Assembly: GCA_016209225.1 (NCBI GenBank)
Contig: JACQWO010000092.1
Span: 24,511 to 88,510 of the forward strand
Length of the DNA stretch: 64,000 bases
Direction: 5' to 3'
Origin: Desulfobacterales bacterium
GTDB lineage: Bacteria > Desulfobacterota > UBA8473
Shown here: in pieces, positions 8,992-17,737 of the stretch
How positions within the stretch are numbered: position 1 is the stretch's first letter
Layout: the number at the start of each line of letters is the position of its first letter
The notes under the pieces: model-generated
What the model was told of the DNA's origin: nothing
Seen by the model: the letters and a program-made list of their open reading frames with translations, nothing else
The model's database searches: none
Made by a program: the position numbers and the translations under genes

Positions 8992-10401
8992 TTAAAATAC
9001 ATGGATCGCCTTTCCATATACACTATGGGCGGCTTCCATCACGCTCTCAAACAGGGTAGGGTGGGCATGGATAGTGGCGCTCAACTCTTTTGCCGTTACA
9101 CCTAATTTAATGGTCAAAGCAATCTCATGGATCAGTTCCGTTGCAAGGGGCCCGATGATCTGACCACCCACAATCTTTTCTGTCCCCTTTTCCACCACCA
9201 ACTGGACTGACCCAACAGCCTGCCCCATGGCCATGGCTTTACCGGATGCCGAAAAGGGAAACCACCCTGTTTTAACCTCTACTCCGGATGCCCGTGCCCC
9301 ATCTGCTGTCAGACCGACACTGGCTATCTCAGGAGAGGTATAAACGCAACTGGGGATAACAGAATAATCAATTTTAGAGTCTATACCCAGGGCATTCTCA
9401 ACCGCTGCAATACCCTCAGCAGATGCCACATGAGCGAGTAGTATACCCCCGGTAACATCCCCAACGGCATAGATACCCTTGATATTTGTCTCCATCCTGT
9501 CATCCACCAATATATTCCCTCTCTCATCTGACTTAACCCCAAGCTGCGCCAACCCAATGCCTTTAGAGCTGGGGGTTCTTCCGATGGCTATAAGGAGTTT
9601 CTCCCCTGCAATCTCATCACCGTTGTCCAAAAGACAGGTAATACCCTCGTCACTGTAAGAGAGCACGTCTCTAACTTTGGTCTTTACAAGGATCTTAATT
9701 CCCCTTTTTCTCAGAATCTGTGTCATCTGCCTCGAAATCCTCTTATCCTCTCTGGGCAGAATCTGATCCATCATCTCAATCAGGGTAACCTTTACACCTA
9801 AGGCATTGAAGAAACAGGCAAATTCCAATCCAATTGCCCCTCCTCCGATAATGAGTACAGTCTCGGGTAATCTGTCCAGTCTGAGTGCCTGTCTACTCGT
9901 TAAAACCGCGGGTTGCTCAGGATTTACAAAGGGCAGAATGAGTGTTTTAGAGCCGGTTGCTATTACTACCTTTGTGGCTTCTATATCTTCAGCCCCGGAG
10001 GGGGATTCCACTCTGATCCTTGTTGGGGAGATTAAGGTTGCAGTACCCTTGATAAACCCAATACCCCTTTTCTTGAATATCCCGTGTATACCATTGCCCA
10101 GACCTTCTACAACCCGACCCTTTCGTTCCATAATCTTTCCGAGATCGGCTCGAACCTCGCCAACATAAATCCCAAAGTCTTCTGCTTCTTTTATAGAGGT
10201 AAAGAGTTCAGCGGATGCGAGAATGGCCTTGGTAGGGATACAGCCATGGTTGAGACAGGTACCTCCGATGGCATCCTTTTCTATAACAGTAACTTCGGCA
10301 CCTAACTGCGAAGCCCTAATGGCTCCTACATAACCACCAGGACCGGAACCGATTATAACGATCTTTTCTTTGCTCAAAAACTCCACCTCCCTCCTATACA
10401 C
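8992..10401 (-). CDS. lpdA: Dihydrolipoyl dehydrogenase
   Basis: 469 aa; GSGPGGYVGAIRASQLG FAD motif, GGTCLNHGCIPTK redox-active disulfide, C-terminal HAHPTLxE dimerisation motif. Confidence 0.9.
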   Translation of the reverse strand: MYRREVEFLSKEKIVIIGSGPGGYVGAIRASQLGAEVTVIEKDAIGGTCLNHGCIPTKAILASAELFTSIKEAEDFGIYVGEVRADLGKIMERKGRVVEGLGNGIHGIFKKRGIGFIKGTATLISPTRIRVESPSGAEDIEATKVVIATGSKTLILPFVNPEQPAVLTSRQALRLDRLPETVLIIGGGAIGLEFACFFNALGVKVTLIEMMDQILPREDKRISRQMTQILRKRGIKILVKTKVRDVLSYSDEGITCLLDNGDEIAGEKLLIAIGRTPSSKGIGLAQLGVKSDERGNILVDDRMETNIKGIYAVGDVTGGILLAHVASAEGIAAVENALGIDSKIDYSVIPSCVYTSPEIASVGLTADGARASGVEVKTGWFPFSASGKAMAMGQAVGSVQLVVEKGTEKIVGGQIIGPLATELIHEIALTIKLGVTAKELSATIHAHPTLFESVMEAAHSVYGKAIHVF

Positions 10402-10412
10402 TTGATTCTTAT

Positions 10413-10455
10413 AAGTGAGCTAAAGTGACTAAAGTTCCATAACTTTAGCTCACTT
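10413..10455. repeat. Perfect 13-14 bp inverted repeat hairpin built from CTAAAGT units in a divergent promoter region
   Basis: aagtgagctaaagt...aactttagctcactt. Confidence 0.45.
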
Positions 10456-10597
10456 CAGGCACTTTTTAATTTCATAACAAATCATATACCTTGTGTCAAG
10501 ATATGGTTTTTCCCTTGACGATTTACTCTGTTAATAGTAGTTTATTCGGAAAGGTGGAATATTGATAGACCGTAAACCCTAAAGACGGACATCTCTT

Positions 10598-11356
10598 ATG
10601 ATTATCGATGCTCATGCCCACATAGGTGGAATGCTCTTGAATGGGAAAGAGAATACGGTCGATGCCCTTATTGCCCACATGGACGAATATGGGATTGACA
10701 AAGCCATTCTCTTTCCTATACTGCCTTTACCTCTTGCCAGGCCTGATGTGCTTGAATTAGCAAGAAACAAGGGTTTCAGAAACGACCTGGTATTTTCTGC
10801 CGTTAAAAAATTCCCTGACAGACTCTTCGGTATATACTGTGTTAACCCCAGGAACCCGGAAGAGGTTTCCTCGATAGATGATAGGATAAGGGACGGCAGT
10901 GTCGTCGCTCTGAAGATACACCCATTCCTTCATGGGTTCAAACCCCAGAGTTCTGTGCCCGAGGTTATTGTAGAAAAATGTATCGAGAATAAGGTGCCCT
11001 TATACCTTCACTCTGGTCCCGGTGCATCACCTTTGGAGATCGGTCAACTTGCTGACAGATACCCGGAGGTTAACTTTATCATAGGACACATGGGGGAGTG
11101 TGTAGAACACGTCTTTGAATGTGTCATGGTCGCTTCTCAATCCAAAAATGTATTCTTTGAAACGTCATGCCTCATACCTGCCTGCATTAAGATAGGTATA
11201 GCGATTATAGGCCCTGAGCGATTTGTATTTGGTTCTGAATGCCCCACAGGAAGCCATTATTCTGTGGAGCTTCCTAAATATGATGTAATAGGTCTTGACA
11301 CGGAAGAAAAAGAGCTTATCTTCCATAAAAATGCTGCTCAATTATTTAACCTCTAA
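10598..11356 (+). CDS. Amidohydrolase family protein (TIM-barrel metal-dependent hydrolase)
   Basis: 252 aa; MIIDAHAHIGG N-terminus and later HxH/D metal ligands typical of amidohydrolase_2. Confidence 0.7.
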   Translation: MIIDAHAHIGGMLLNGKENTVDALIAHMDEYGIDKAILFPILPLPLARPDVLELARNKGFRNDLVFSAVKKFPDRLFGIYCVNPRNPEEVSSIDDRIRDGSVVALKIHPFLHGFKPQSSVPEVIVEKCIENKVPLYLHSGPGASPLEIGQLADRYPEVNFIIGHMGECVEHVFECVMVASQSKNVFFETSCLIPACIKIGIAIIGPERFVFGSECPTGSHYSVELPKYDVIGLDTEEKELIFHKNAAQLFNL

Positions 11357-11374
11357 TTCGAGACCTTTGCATAA

Positions 11375-11573
11375 CCTACCGAGAGCTTTGAAGAAGTATC
11401 CCTGAGAGCGAATTGCATAGATTTTTTGGGAAACCCATCTTAGCAAGCGAAATGTAGAAAATTCACATGTTTGAGCCCGAAGGGTGAGTTTGTGAATTTT
11501 CAATGGAGCGAGCTTAGATGGGTCAAAAAATTCATGCTGAAGCGAAAAGGGGTAATTTTTCAAAGCTCTCAAT
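11375..11573 (-). mobile_element. 199-bp MITE-like element with 12-bp terminal inverted repeats GAGAGCTTTGAA (copy 1, reverse orientation)
   Basis: About 90% identical to copies at 16546-16745 and 31013-31211. The 76-aa track ORF inside it is spurious. Confidence 0.7.
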
Positions 11574-11591
11574 TCAAGGAAGGAGACAAAG

Positions 11592-12389
11592 ATGACAAAC
11601 CATCAAGACGATCTAGCTAAATCAAACAAAAAGTCTGTTATAGCCGTTTCAGGGAAAGGTGGCACAGGAAAGACGGTCATATCCACAATCATCATAAAAC
11701 ACCTCAAGAAGAGGGACATGAAGATTCTGGCCATTGACGCTGATCCGGCAACGAGCCTCCCCCCTGCATTGGGTGTCAGCATTAAAAAGACCATAGGAGA
11801 CATAAGAGAGACACTTGTTAAAGGACCGGGAAGGGCTCCAACCTCCAATCTGCCTGTGGATCTTATGCTTGAATATCAGATACGGGATATCCTGGCGGAG
11901 ATACCAAAAATCTCGATCCTGGCCATTGGTCGCCCAGAGGGGCCTGGGTGTTACTGCCTTGTCAATGACATCCTAAGACATGCCATAGAAAAGTTCTCAG
12001 GCTATTATGATGTTACGATAATCGACTGTGAAGCAGGTCTGGAGCATCTGAGCAGGAGAACAACCAGAAGTGTTGATACCATGATCATAGTGACCGATGC
12101 CACTCAGAGGGGTATCAATACGGCAAGATTGATAAAAGAGCTGGCAGAGAGTCTGGAGATAAACTTCGACAAGATATGCGTTATCCTAAACAGGGCAACG
12201 GAGGAACAGGCAAGGGTATTCAGCGAGAGTGCATCAAAGTATGGAATAGAGCTGGCCGGGATAGTACCCTATGATCAGAATATTACAGAGTACGATCTTG
12301 ACGGGAAGCCGCTGATTGACCTGCCCGATGACTCCCCTGCTGTTATCGCGGTAGGAGAGATACTTCACAAACTAGAAATCCTCGTCTAG
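11592..12389 (+). CDS. cooC: CO dehydrogenase maturation factor CooC (MinD/ParA-family Ni-insertion ATPase)
   Basis: 265 aa; deviant Walker A GKGGTGKT and conserved CxC motif (GPGCYCLVN). Confidence 0.8.
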   Translation: MTNHQDDLAKSNKKSVIAVSGKGGTGKTVISTIIIKHLKKRDMKILAIDADPATSLPPALGVSIKKTIGDIRETLVKGPGRAPTSNLPVDLMLEYQIRDILAEIPKISILAIGRPEGPGCYCLVNDILRHAIEKFSGYYDVTIIDCEAGLEHLSRRTTRSVDTMIIVTDATQRGINTARLIKELAESLEINFDKICVILNRATEEQARVFSESASKYGIELAGIVPYDQNITEYDLDGKPLIDLPDDSPAVIAVGEILHKLEILV

Positions 12390-13196
12390 CACCTTGGATC
12401 TTACTGCCCCTTTTATCCAATTCTGGGATGCCTTGAGGGACCTCTCAGGGTCTTTAAGATTTTTCCATATCTCCTTATCTTTTGGGGTCCCCATAAATGG
12501 GCTCACAGTGCTTTCCAGTGAATTGACTACCCATATCATCATTTTAATATTTTCCTTTACTTTATCCATATTTTCCCTGATGAAGTTTACAAATGGGGCA
12601 GGGCTTTTCTCTGAAGGAACTATCACCACGTGTTCAACAGTTACCACCTTTAATGCCTCCAGAATTTCAGACACAAATACAATAGATGGAAACATAAAGA
12701 GCTGGAGTTCATTGTTGTCTTTAACTGCCCTAATGGTTTTGCTGGCGCCTGGTATTCCTGGCTGAACATCCGATACCTTATATCCAGACCTGTACATCAA
12801 ATCCTTTACTGCATCTTCTGCTATTTGGGAAACCATAGGGAACCGCAAATTGGCCAGACGTTTAAATCCCCTTTCCAGTTCATCGGGCATGTACTTGTGA
12901 GTGGGCGGGGTGTAAAACACCTCTCCCAGATAGTTGAGCTGTACATGCATATCAGGAGAGAAGACAGAGAGGCGAATCTTTCCTGTTATTCCTTCAAAGA
13001 TCATCTGTTTTACGTCACCCTCCAGTAGTTTTTCCAACCCCTTTTTATCATCCTCAGTCAGACTGTCCACTTCCTGATCTATCTTCCACATCAATTCTTC
13101 AGCGGATACTGCCCTGTACTTCATAAGGTAACTCGATATCTTCCCCAAAACCTGTGGTAATAAACTCTCCATTTTAAGAATCCTCCGTTCCTCCAA
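12372..13196 (-). CDS. Hypothetical protein (TTG start); possibly the 3' part of a frameshifted larger gene
   Basis: 274 aa with no recognisable motif. Overlaps the next ORF by 76 nt in another frame. Confidence 0.45.
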   Translation of the reverse strand: MEERRILKMESLLPQVLGKISSYLMKYRAVSAEELMWKIDQEVDSLTEDDKKGLEKLLEGDVKQMIFEGITGKIRLSVFSPDMHVQLNYLGEVFYTPPTHKYMPDELERGFKRLANLRFPMVSQIAEDAVKDLMYRSGYKVSDVQPGIPGASKTIRAVKDNNELQLFMFPSIVFVSEILEALKVVTVEHVVIVPSEKSPAPFVNFIRENMDKVKENIKMMIWVVNSLESTVSPFMGTPKDKEIWKNLKDPERSLKASQNWIKGAVRSKVLDEDF

Positions 13197-13549
13197 ATTT
13201 GTCCTTTACATATTAATAGAATACCTCTGCCAAGCCCCCGTATTAAGACACAAAATCGATGGTAATAACTATCTTTCTCCTTAGAAAGGTCAAATCCTTC
13301 GACTTCTTCCCTTATCATCTTCAAAAGAACATCCCCGAGGGTTGCCTCACTTCTTATCTCAGGGGCCCTTCCCAGAAGAAGCCTAAAACCTTTTACTCCC
13401 TGGATGCTATCCTTTATTAAGGCATATGCCTGGATATTGAAAAAGGCAGTGGCGATGTCGAATTGTGTATTGGGAATCTCCTCAAGGACACTGTTAAGGA
13501 AAGTGGATAGCTTTATGTCGCTATTATCAATGATTTTCTTTGGTATCAT
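13121..13549 (-). CDS. Hypothetical protein. The N-terminal ~95 aa resemble the first strand-helix unit of a PLD-like nuclease; the C-terminal ~45 aa look like out-of-frame read-through
   Basis: QFDIATAFFNIQAYALIKDSIQGVKGFRLLLG fits the PLD-family N-terminal pattern, but no HxK motif follows. Confidence 0.3.
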   Translation of the reverse strand: MIPKKIIDNSDIKLSTFLNSVLEEIPNTQFDIATAFFNIQAYALIKDSIQGVKGFRLLLGRAPEIRSEATLGDVLLKMIREEVEGFDLSKEKDSYYHRFCVLIRGLGRGILLICKGQIWRNGGFLKWRVYYHRFWGRYRVTL

Positions 13550-13971
13550 TTAATTTTCGTAAGAAAATCCTTCGCAGTTGAAACATTTACGATGCTCTTT
13601 ATCTTGTCAGTAAAGAAATGGGAATCACCAGTCAGAAAATAGTCAGGTTTCGCGTAAAGAACAGCGGCAAGGATCGGGATATCCTTCTTATGAGTTATCA
13701 GGGATGAAGCATCTTTCAATTTATGGTTGTACTTTGAGCGCGGGATGATTGAAATATCAGTCAATGCTTTTTCTGTTTCAGCAAGAGCGATTTCAAATGT
13801 CCTTTCTTTCAGATACTTGAGTTTCTTTTTTACTATCCCCCGTAACTCATCAACGACATCCTCACTAGTCACAAGGTCTATCTCGACCAAATCAAGAATC
13901 CTGGCTTCGTTTCCGTCAAAGAATATCCCTGAGAGCAGAATGTTTGTATCTACAAAGACCTTGTACCTCAT
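13546..13971 (-). CDS. PIN-domain toxin (VapC-like) of a type II TA pair
   Basis: 141 aa; MRYKVFVDTNILL with later acidic residues; 4-nt overlap with the upstream antitoxin gene. Confidence 0.8.
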   Translation of the reverse strand: MRYKVFVDTNILLSGIFFDGNEARILDLVEIDLVTSEDVVDELRGIVKKKLKYLKERTFEIALAETEKALTDISIIPRSKYNHKLKDASSLITHKKDIPILAAVLYAKPDYFLTGDSHFFTDKIKSIVNVSTAKDFLTKIK

Positions 13972-14183
13972 TTGCGCATCTTCTCAAGCTCTTTCAGCAT
14001 CTGAGCCTCTGTTATGTCCTCCTTTTTCATCAGCCATTTCAGGAATGACCTGCTCTTCCGGGCATAAGCCTTTTTGAGCGCTGATACGACAGCCTCCGAT
14101 GCGTCAGAGAATACGCCGAGCTTTATCTCCTCGTTAATGTTACGGTAGATGTCATCCGGAATCTGTGCTACGATTTTAGGCAT
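13968..14183 (-). CDS. Antitoxin partner of the PIN toxin (small DNA-binding protein); start at internal Met
   Basis: MPKIVAQIPDDIYRNINEEIKLGVFSDASEAVVSALKKAY...; the track ORF extends to 14243 in the same frame. Confidence 0.55.
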   Translation of the reverse strand: MPKIVAQIPDDIYRNINEEIKLGVFSDASEAVVSALKKAYARKSRSFLKWLMKKEDITEAQMLKELEKMRK

Positions 14184-14427
14184 TTCACACCTCCATGATA
14201 TTTGAATAAACCAATGATAACATAAAGTTTTCTGTTTGCACATCTTAAACTCTTATTGTCTTGTCTGCCTTATGTTTCCGCTTTCATCAAGGTACAGATA
14301 AAGCATTTATCTCCTATGTCTTGCTTGCATGTTTCTCATAAATATCTATCTCTCAACAAGAACACATCGCCTCTTGAATTATAGATATCGCATATTTTGT
14401 TTGCGCTGTCTGTTGCGTAGGCATCAT

Positions 14428-15489
14428 TTAACTCAACACCTTGAAATTCCCCTGTCCCATAGGCGGTCTCATGCAGTAATAAACAACCATGTCAAAACTA
14501 AGAAGTTTTTTTATGTCTTCGAGTAGATGTTTAAAGCTATCGTTCATATATAAAATCATGTGATAGTTGGAAACTGGATGCCATTTCTCTTTTCTTTTAA
14601 TTGCAATAACACCAGCAACCTTCCGGGAAAAATCAGAGTCTCTAAATAATCCATCATTCTCTCTACACCAAAAATCCCTACTTTCAACAACTGATTCATA
14701 CTCTGTTCCGAAAACTGCATCACAGATGTCTATATCTTCTTTGTTATCGGCTTCCATAACTATTAGGTTGATATTTTGACGGTCTACTTCCCATTTAAAC
14801 GCCCCTGCTGCATTAAGTAGGCTTTCTTTTATCTGATCTCTGGCCAATCCAGTTAAGTTTACCATCTCCAAATCACCTGCATAACCAAGAGTCAGTTCAG
14901 ACAATTCTGCATTTACGGCTGACCGCAATCCAATTTTGGCTCTTTGATTGCTCTTACTTGTAAATAAAAAGCTTTTATCATCAATCGCCGACGTTGTTTT
15001 CTTTTTCATGAAGTCTATAAGCTCTGGCAGGCAGTCTTCTTTAAAATCATCGGACAACTTGCAACTGAAAAATTTGCCAACCTTAATTTCCTTCGCTTTC
15101 TCTATAATTTTCTGTATTAACTTGTCTTGCCTGTTCTCTCTTTCCAGCTTTTGCAAGTCTTTTATTTGTATCCAAAAGGTGATGTCGCCTATCTGAACTT
15201 TAAAATCCGGAGGGGACTGTAAGTCATCAGGCTCATAATTTATTGGGATTTGAGCACAGTGATGAGAAATCAACATAACAGCAAAATTATGCTCAGCAAT
15301 CGTTTCAAATATTTTTGTATGCTTACGGGCGTCAACAAGCCTTTTATTAAGTTTGCCCAATCCTCTTTGTTCAAGAAGCGCCATATTTACAGCAAGTTTT
15401 CTCACATCTTCATCTGAAGCTTCATATCTGGTAGCGTTAAATATTCGTCTTGCAATATTTACATAACCTTCCGTATGTTGCACCCTCAC
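14428..15489 (-). CDS. Hypothetical 353-aa protein with a PD-(D/E)xK-like motif; possible orphaned restriction endonuclease
   Basis: GTG start overlaps by GTGA the stop of the methyltransferase 3' remnant upstream. ETIAEHNF...PDFKVQIGDITFWIQIK fits E...PD...(Q)xK. Confidence 0.45.
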   Translation of the reverse strand: MRVQHTEGYVNIARRIFNATRYEASDEDVRKLAVNMALLEQRGLGKLNKRLVDARKHTKIFETIAEHNFAVMLISHHCAQIPINYEPDDLQSPPDFKVQIGDITFWIQIKDLQKLERENRQDKLIQKIIEKAKEIKVGKFFSCKLSDDFKEDCLPELIDFMKKKTTSAIDDKSFLFTSKSNQRAKIGLRSAVNAELSELTLGYAGDLEMVNLTGLARDQIKESLLNAAGAFKWEVDRQNINLIVMEADNKEDIDICDAVFGTEYESVVESRDFWCRENDGLFRDSDFSRKVAGVIAIKRKEKWHPVSNYHMILYMNDSFKHLLEDIKKLLSFDMVVYYCMRPPMGQGNFKVLS

Positions 15490-15650
15490 ACACTCCTTGC
15501 TTTCTCAAGGCGGTTCTTGACGAGTTAGCAGACGGACCAATAGACTTCATTTCTTTCGGCGTCGGTCAAGCCGAGAACGTCAAAGACTATATCATCAAGG
15601 GCCTTGCGGTCAGGAAGGGGATTGGGCGTTTGTTCGAGGATGGGACGGGT
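15490..15650 (-). pseudogene. 3' remnant (about 45 codons) of a DNA methyltransferase gene, copy 1, with an internal TAA
   Basis: Minus-strand translation RPILEQTPNPLPDRKALDDIVFDVLGLTDAERNEVYWSVC*LVKNRLEKARSV. The ...D.IVFD.LGLTxxERxEV tail is typical of N6-adenine DNA MTase C-termini. Confidence 0.5.
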
Positions 15651-15666
15651 AAAGTTGATGCTATGT

Positions 15667-15882
15667 TTATACCAGATCCTTAAGTTCATCAATCGTAATG
15701 CCTGCTTTTTTTATGATATTGTTAAGAGTTCCTTTCTTGATTTCCTTATGAAACGGAACAACTACCGATATGTTTTTCTCAAGATTGTGCATAAAGATAT
15801 GGCTTCCTCGCTGATGGTCAACGACAAAACCCTTCCGTCTCAATGCCTTGACAACATCTTTACCGGAGAATGTTTTACTCAA
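15667..15882 (-). CDS. hicA: HicA toxin (mRNA interferase)
   Basis: 71 aa; [27 protein letters not shown] is the canonical HicA motif. Confidence 0.85.
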   Translation of the reverse strand: MSKTFSGKDVVKALRRKGFVVDHQRGSHIFMHNLEKNISVVVPFHKEIKKGTLNNIIKKAGITIDELKDLV

Positions 15883-16094
15883 AGAACCATCTCCACTTCT
15901 TTCAAAATTACATTGGGTCTTGATTTTATCTGATTCAGTTTTTCAAGCCCTTCAAGATAGGCATGTATAGCTTCTTTCGCATTCTCAATTGCTTCCTCTT
16001 CAGTTTCCCCTTGAGTAAAACAGCCATCAAGGGCGGGAACCGTCACATTAAAACCGCCTTCTTCAGCAGGCTCTAATATTATGTTGAATTTCAT
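15879..16094 (-). CDS. hicB: HicB antitoxin (UPF0150 family)
   Basis: 71 aa; [43 protein letters not shown]; 4-nt overlap with hicA. Confidence 0.85.
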   Translation of the reverse strand: MKFNIILEPAEEGGFNVTVPALDGCFTQGETEEEAIENAKEAIHAYLEGLEKLNQIKSRPNVILKEVEMVL

Positions 16095-16191
16095 AAAATA
16101 AACCTCCTTTCTGATTCATTATAACATGCATCTCTAATTACGAATTAAAAATTACAGGATTCCTAATTCGTAATTCCTAATTTTTAATTAA

Positions 16192-16345
16192 ATTGATTTT
16201 GCCTTCTCAAGCCTATTCTTCACCAACTCACAAACGGCCCAGTAGACTTCGTTCCGTTCAGATTCTGTCAAGCCGAGAACGTCAAATACTATATCATCAA
16301 GGGCCTTGCGGTCAGAAAGGGGGTTTGGGCGAATAAACAACAGGG
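16192..16345 (-). pseudogene. 3' remnant of a DNA methyltransferase gene, copy 2 (intact frame: ...RPNPLSDRKALDDIVFDVLGLTESERNEVYWAVCELVKNRLEKAKSI*)
   Basis: About 80% nucleotide identity to the copy at 15490-15650; no gene body upstream. Confidence 0.5.
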
Positions 16346-16545
16346 AATCAACCTATAGACAAACTAACACCTTTCAACCTATCAGTAAAGTATTTTTTAC
16401 TCTGCCCTTTCAGCTATCCAGCCCTTGAATTTTCAGCGGTTACGTCTTATATTAGATATATTATTGATTGCGTACCTAACTTTCAAAAGAGAGAAAATTC
16501 CATAAATGTTATTGACAACATCCTGCTATTTAAATTATCTATATA

Positions 16546-16745
16546 TAGAGAGCTTTGAAAAATTACCCCTTTTCGCTTCAGCATACATTTTTTGACCCAT
16601 CTAAGCTCGCTTCATTGAAAATTCACAAACTCACCCTTCGGGCTCAAGCATGTGAATTTTCTACATTACGCTCGCTAAGTTGGGTTCCCCAAAAAATCTA
16701 TGAATTCGCTCTCAGAGGTACTTCTTCAAAGCTCTCGGTAGGTTA
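16546..16745 (+). mobile_element. 199-bp GAGAGCTTTGAA-TIR MITE-like element, copy 2
   Basis: Lies directly upstream of the polyferredoxin-hdrA operon. The track ORF 16555-16836 is spurious. Confidence 0.7.
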
Positions 16746-16810
16746 TGATAAAGGTCTCAGAGAGTGCTGGTTTTTTCCCTGTTTAATAGAGCATTACTCC
16801 TGGAGATATT

Positions 16811-17656
16811 ATGATTGCTTTGAATACAAAAACTGAAACAGATGAAAAGACAGAGATTAAGCTGAAGCTGTATGTGGATGAGGTCTCCCTGGTTCTGAAT
16901 AAATTGGTTTGTATTAAATGCGATATATGTAAAACGGTTTGTCCCAAGGATGCTATCTCGGTGATACGGGATGAAAAAGAGGTCAGGATTGATATTGATG
17001 AGGGTAAATGTGTTCTGTGCGAGGTCTGCTCTCACTTCTGTCCGGTATCAGCGATTACTTTAACCCACAATAATGTTCCAAAGAGTATTCTTCTGGACAA
17101 CCAGGGGGTACTTTCATTTCCAAAGAGGATAGAGATAGATACCAGCAGATGTCCCAGTCACTGCTCTAAAAACCCTGAGGGAGAACACCGGTGGTGTCGC
17201 AAAAACGATGAAGTAATTGATAATACTTACGAAGACTGTCCCAAGTTCTGTTTTTCATGCGTTGAAAATTGTCCGAGAGACCTGATAGGGGTGGAAGGTG
17301 ATTCGGTAAAGCCCAATGAAGCCAGATGCCTTGGCTGTCCCCATTGCCAGGACAGTTGTGAATATGGTTCAATAAGCTTAACCCCTGTATTTTCTGGAGA
17401 GATAGGCATAGATAGCAAGCTCTGCCCTGAAGAATGTACCAGGTGCATAGACCTATGCCCGACAAAAGCGATTAGCAGAGAGGGGAAAGAAGTTGTTGTC
17501 AATGACAGATATTGCTCATTCTGTGGTGCATGTGTTAATATATGTGATAAAGAGGCAATCGACCTGAAAAGAACAGATGTGAAAGCGGAAGAGGGAGAGT
17601 TTTCGGCTGTCTGGTCAGATGCAGTGGACAAGTTAGTTGCTTCGCAACAAACTTGA
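16811..17656 (+). CDS. Polyferredoxin (multiple 4Fe-4S dicluster domains)
   Basis: 281 aa with about seven CxxCxxCxxxCP motifs. Confidence 0.8.
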   Translation: MIALNTKTETDEKTEIKLKLYVDEVSLVLNKLVCIKCDICKTVCPKDAISVIRDEKEVRIDIDEGKCVLCEVCSHFCPVSAITLTHNNVPKSILLDNQGVLSFPKRIEIDTSRCPSHCSKNPEGEHRWCRKNDEVIDNTYEDCPKFCFSCVENCPRDLIGVEGDSVKPNEARCLGCPHCQDSCEYGSISLTPVFSGEIGIDSKLCPEECTRCIDLCPTKAISREGKEVVVNDRYCSFCGACVNICDKEAIDLKRTDVKAEEGEFSAVWSDAVDKLVASQQT

Positions 17657-17661
17657 GAATT

Positions 17662-17720
17662 CAGTAGTCAGTAGTCAGAATGGAAATAATTTTCTGCTGG
17701 ATTCTGACTCCTGACTACTG
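17662..17720. repeat. 20-bp-stem inverted repeat built of AGTCAGT units between the polyferredoxin and hdrA genes
   Basis: cagtagtcagtagtcagaat...attctgactcctgactactg. Confidence 0.5.
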
Positions 17721-17737
17721 ACTTAATAGGTGATTCT

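Noticed and set aside
11342-11572. Three similar ~75-90 aa ORFs (11342-11572 minus, 16555-16836 plus, 31013-31276 plus) that look like a conserved small protein family
   Set aside because: They lie entirely within the three copies of the 199-bp element with perfect terminal inverted repeats. Their frames diverge after about 50 codons and they have no RBS. They are repeat-induced ORFs, not genes.
15450-15683. 77-aa plus-strand ORF over the methyltransferase remnant and other antisense ORFs (e.g. 35336-35935 and 36294-36560 inside cusA, 47945-48625 inside the RND gene, 23015-23542 inside the PRTase gene)
   Set aside because: They are antisense to well-supported genes, with biased composition and no motifs.
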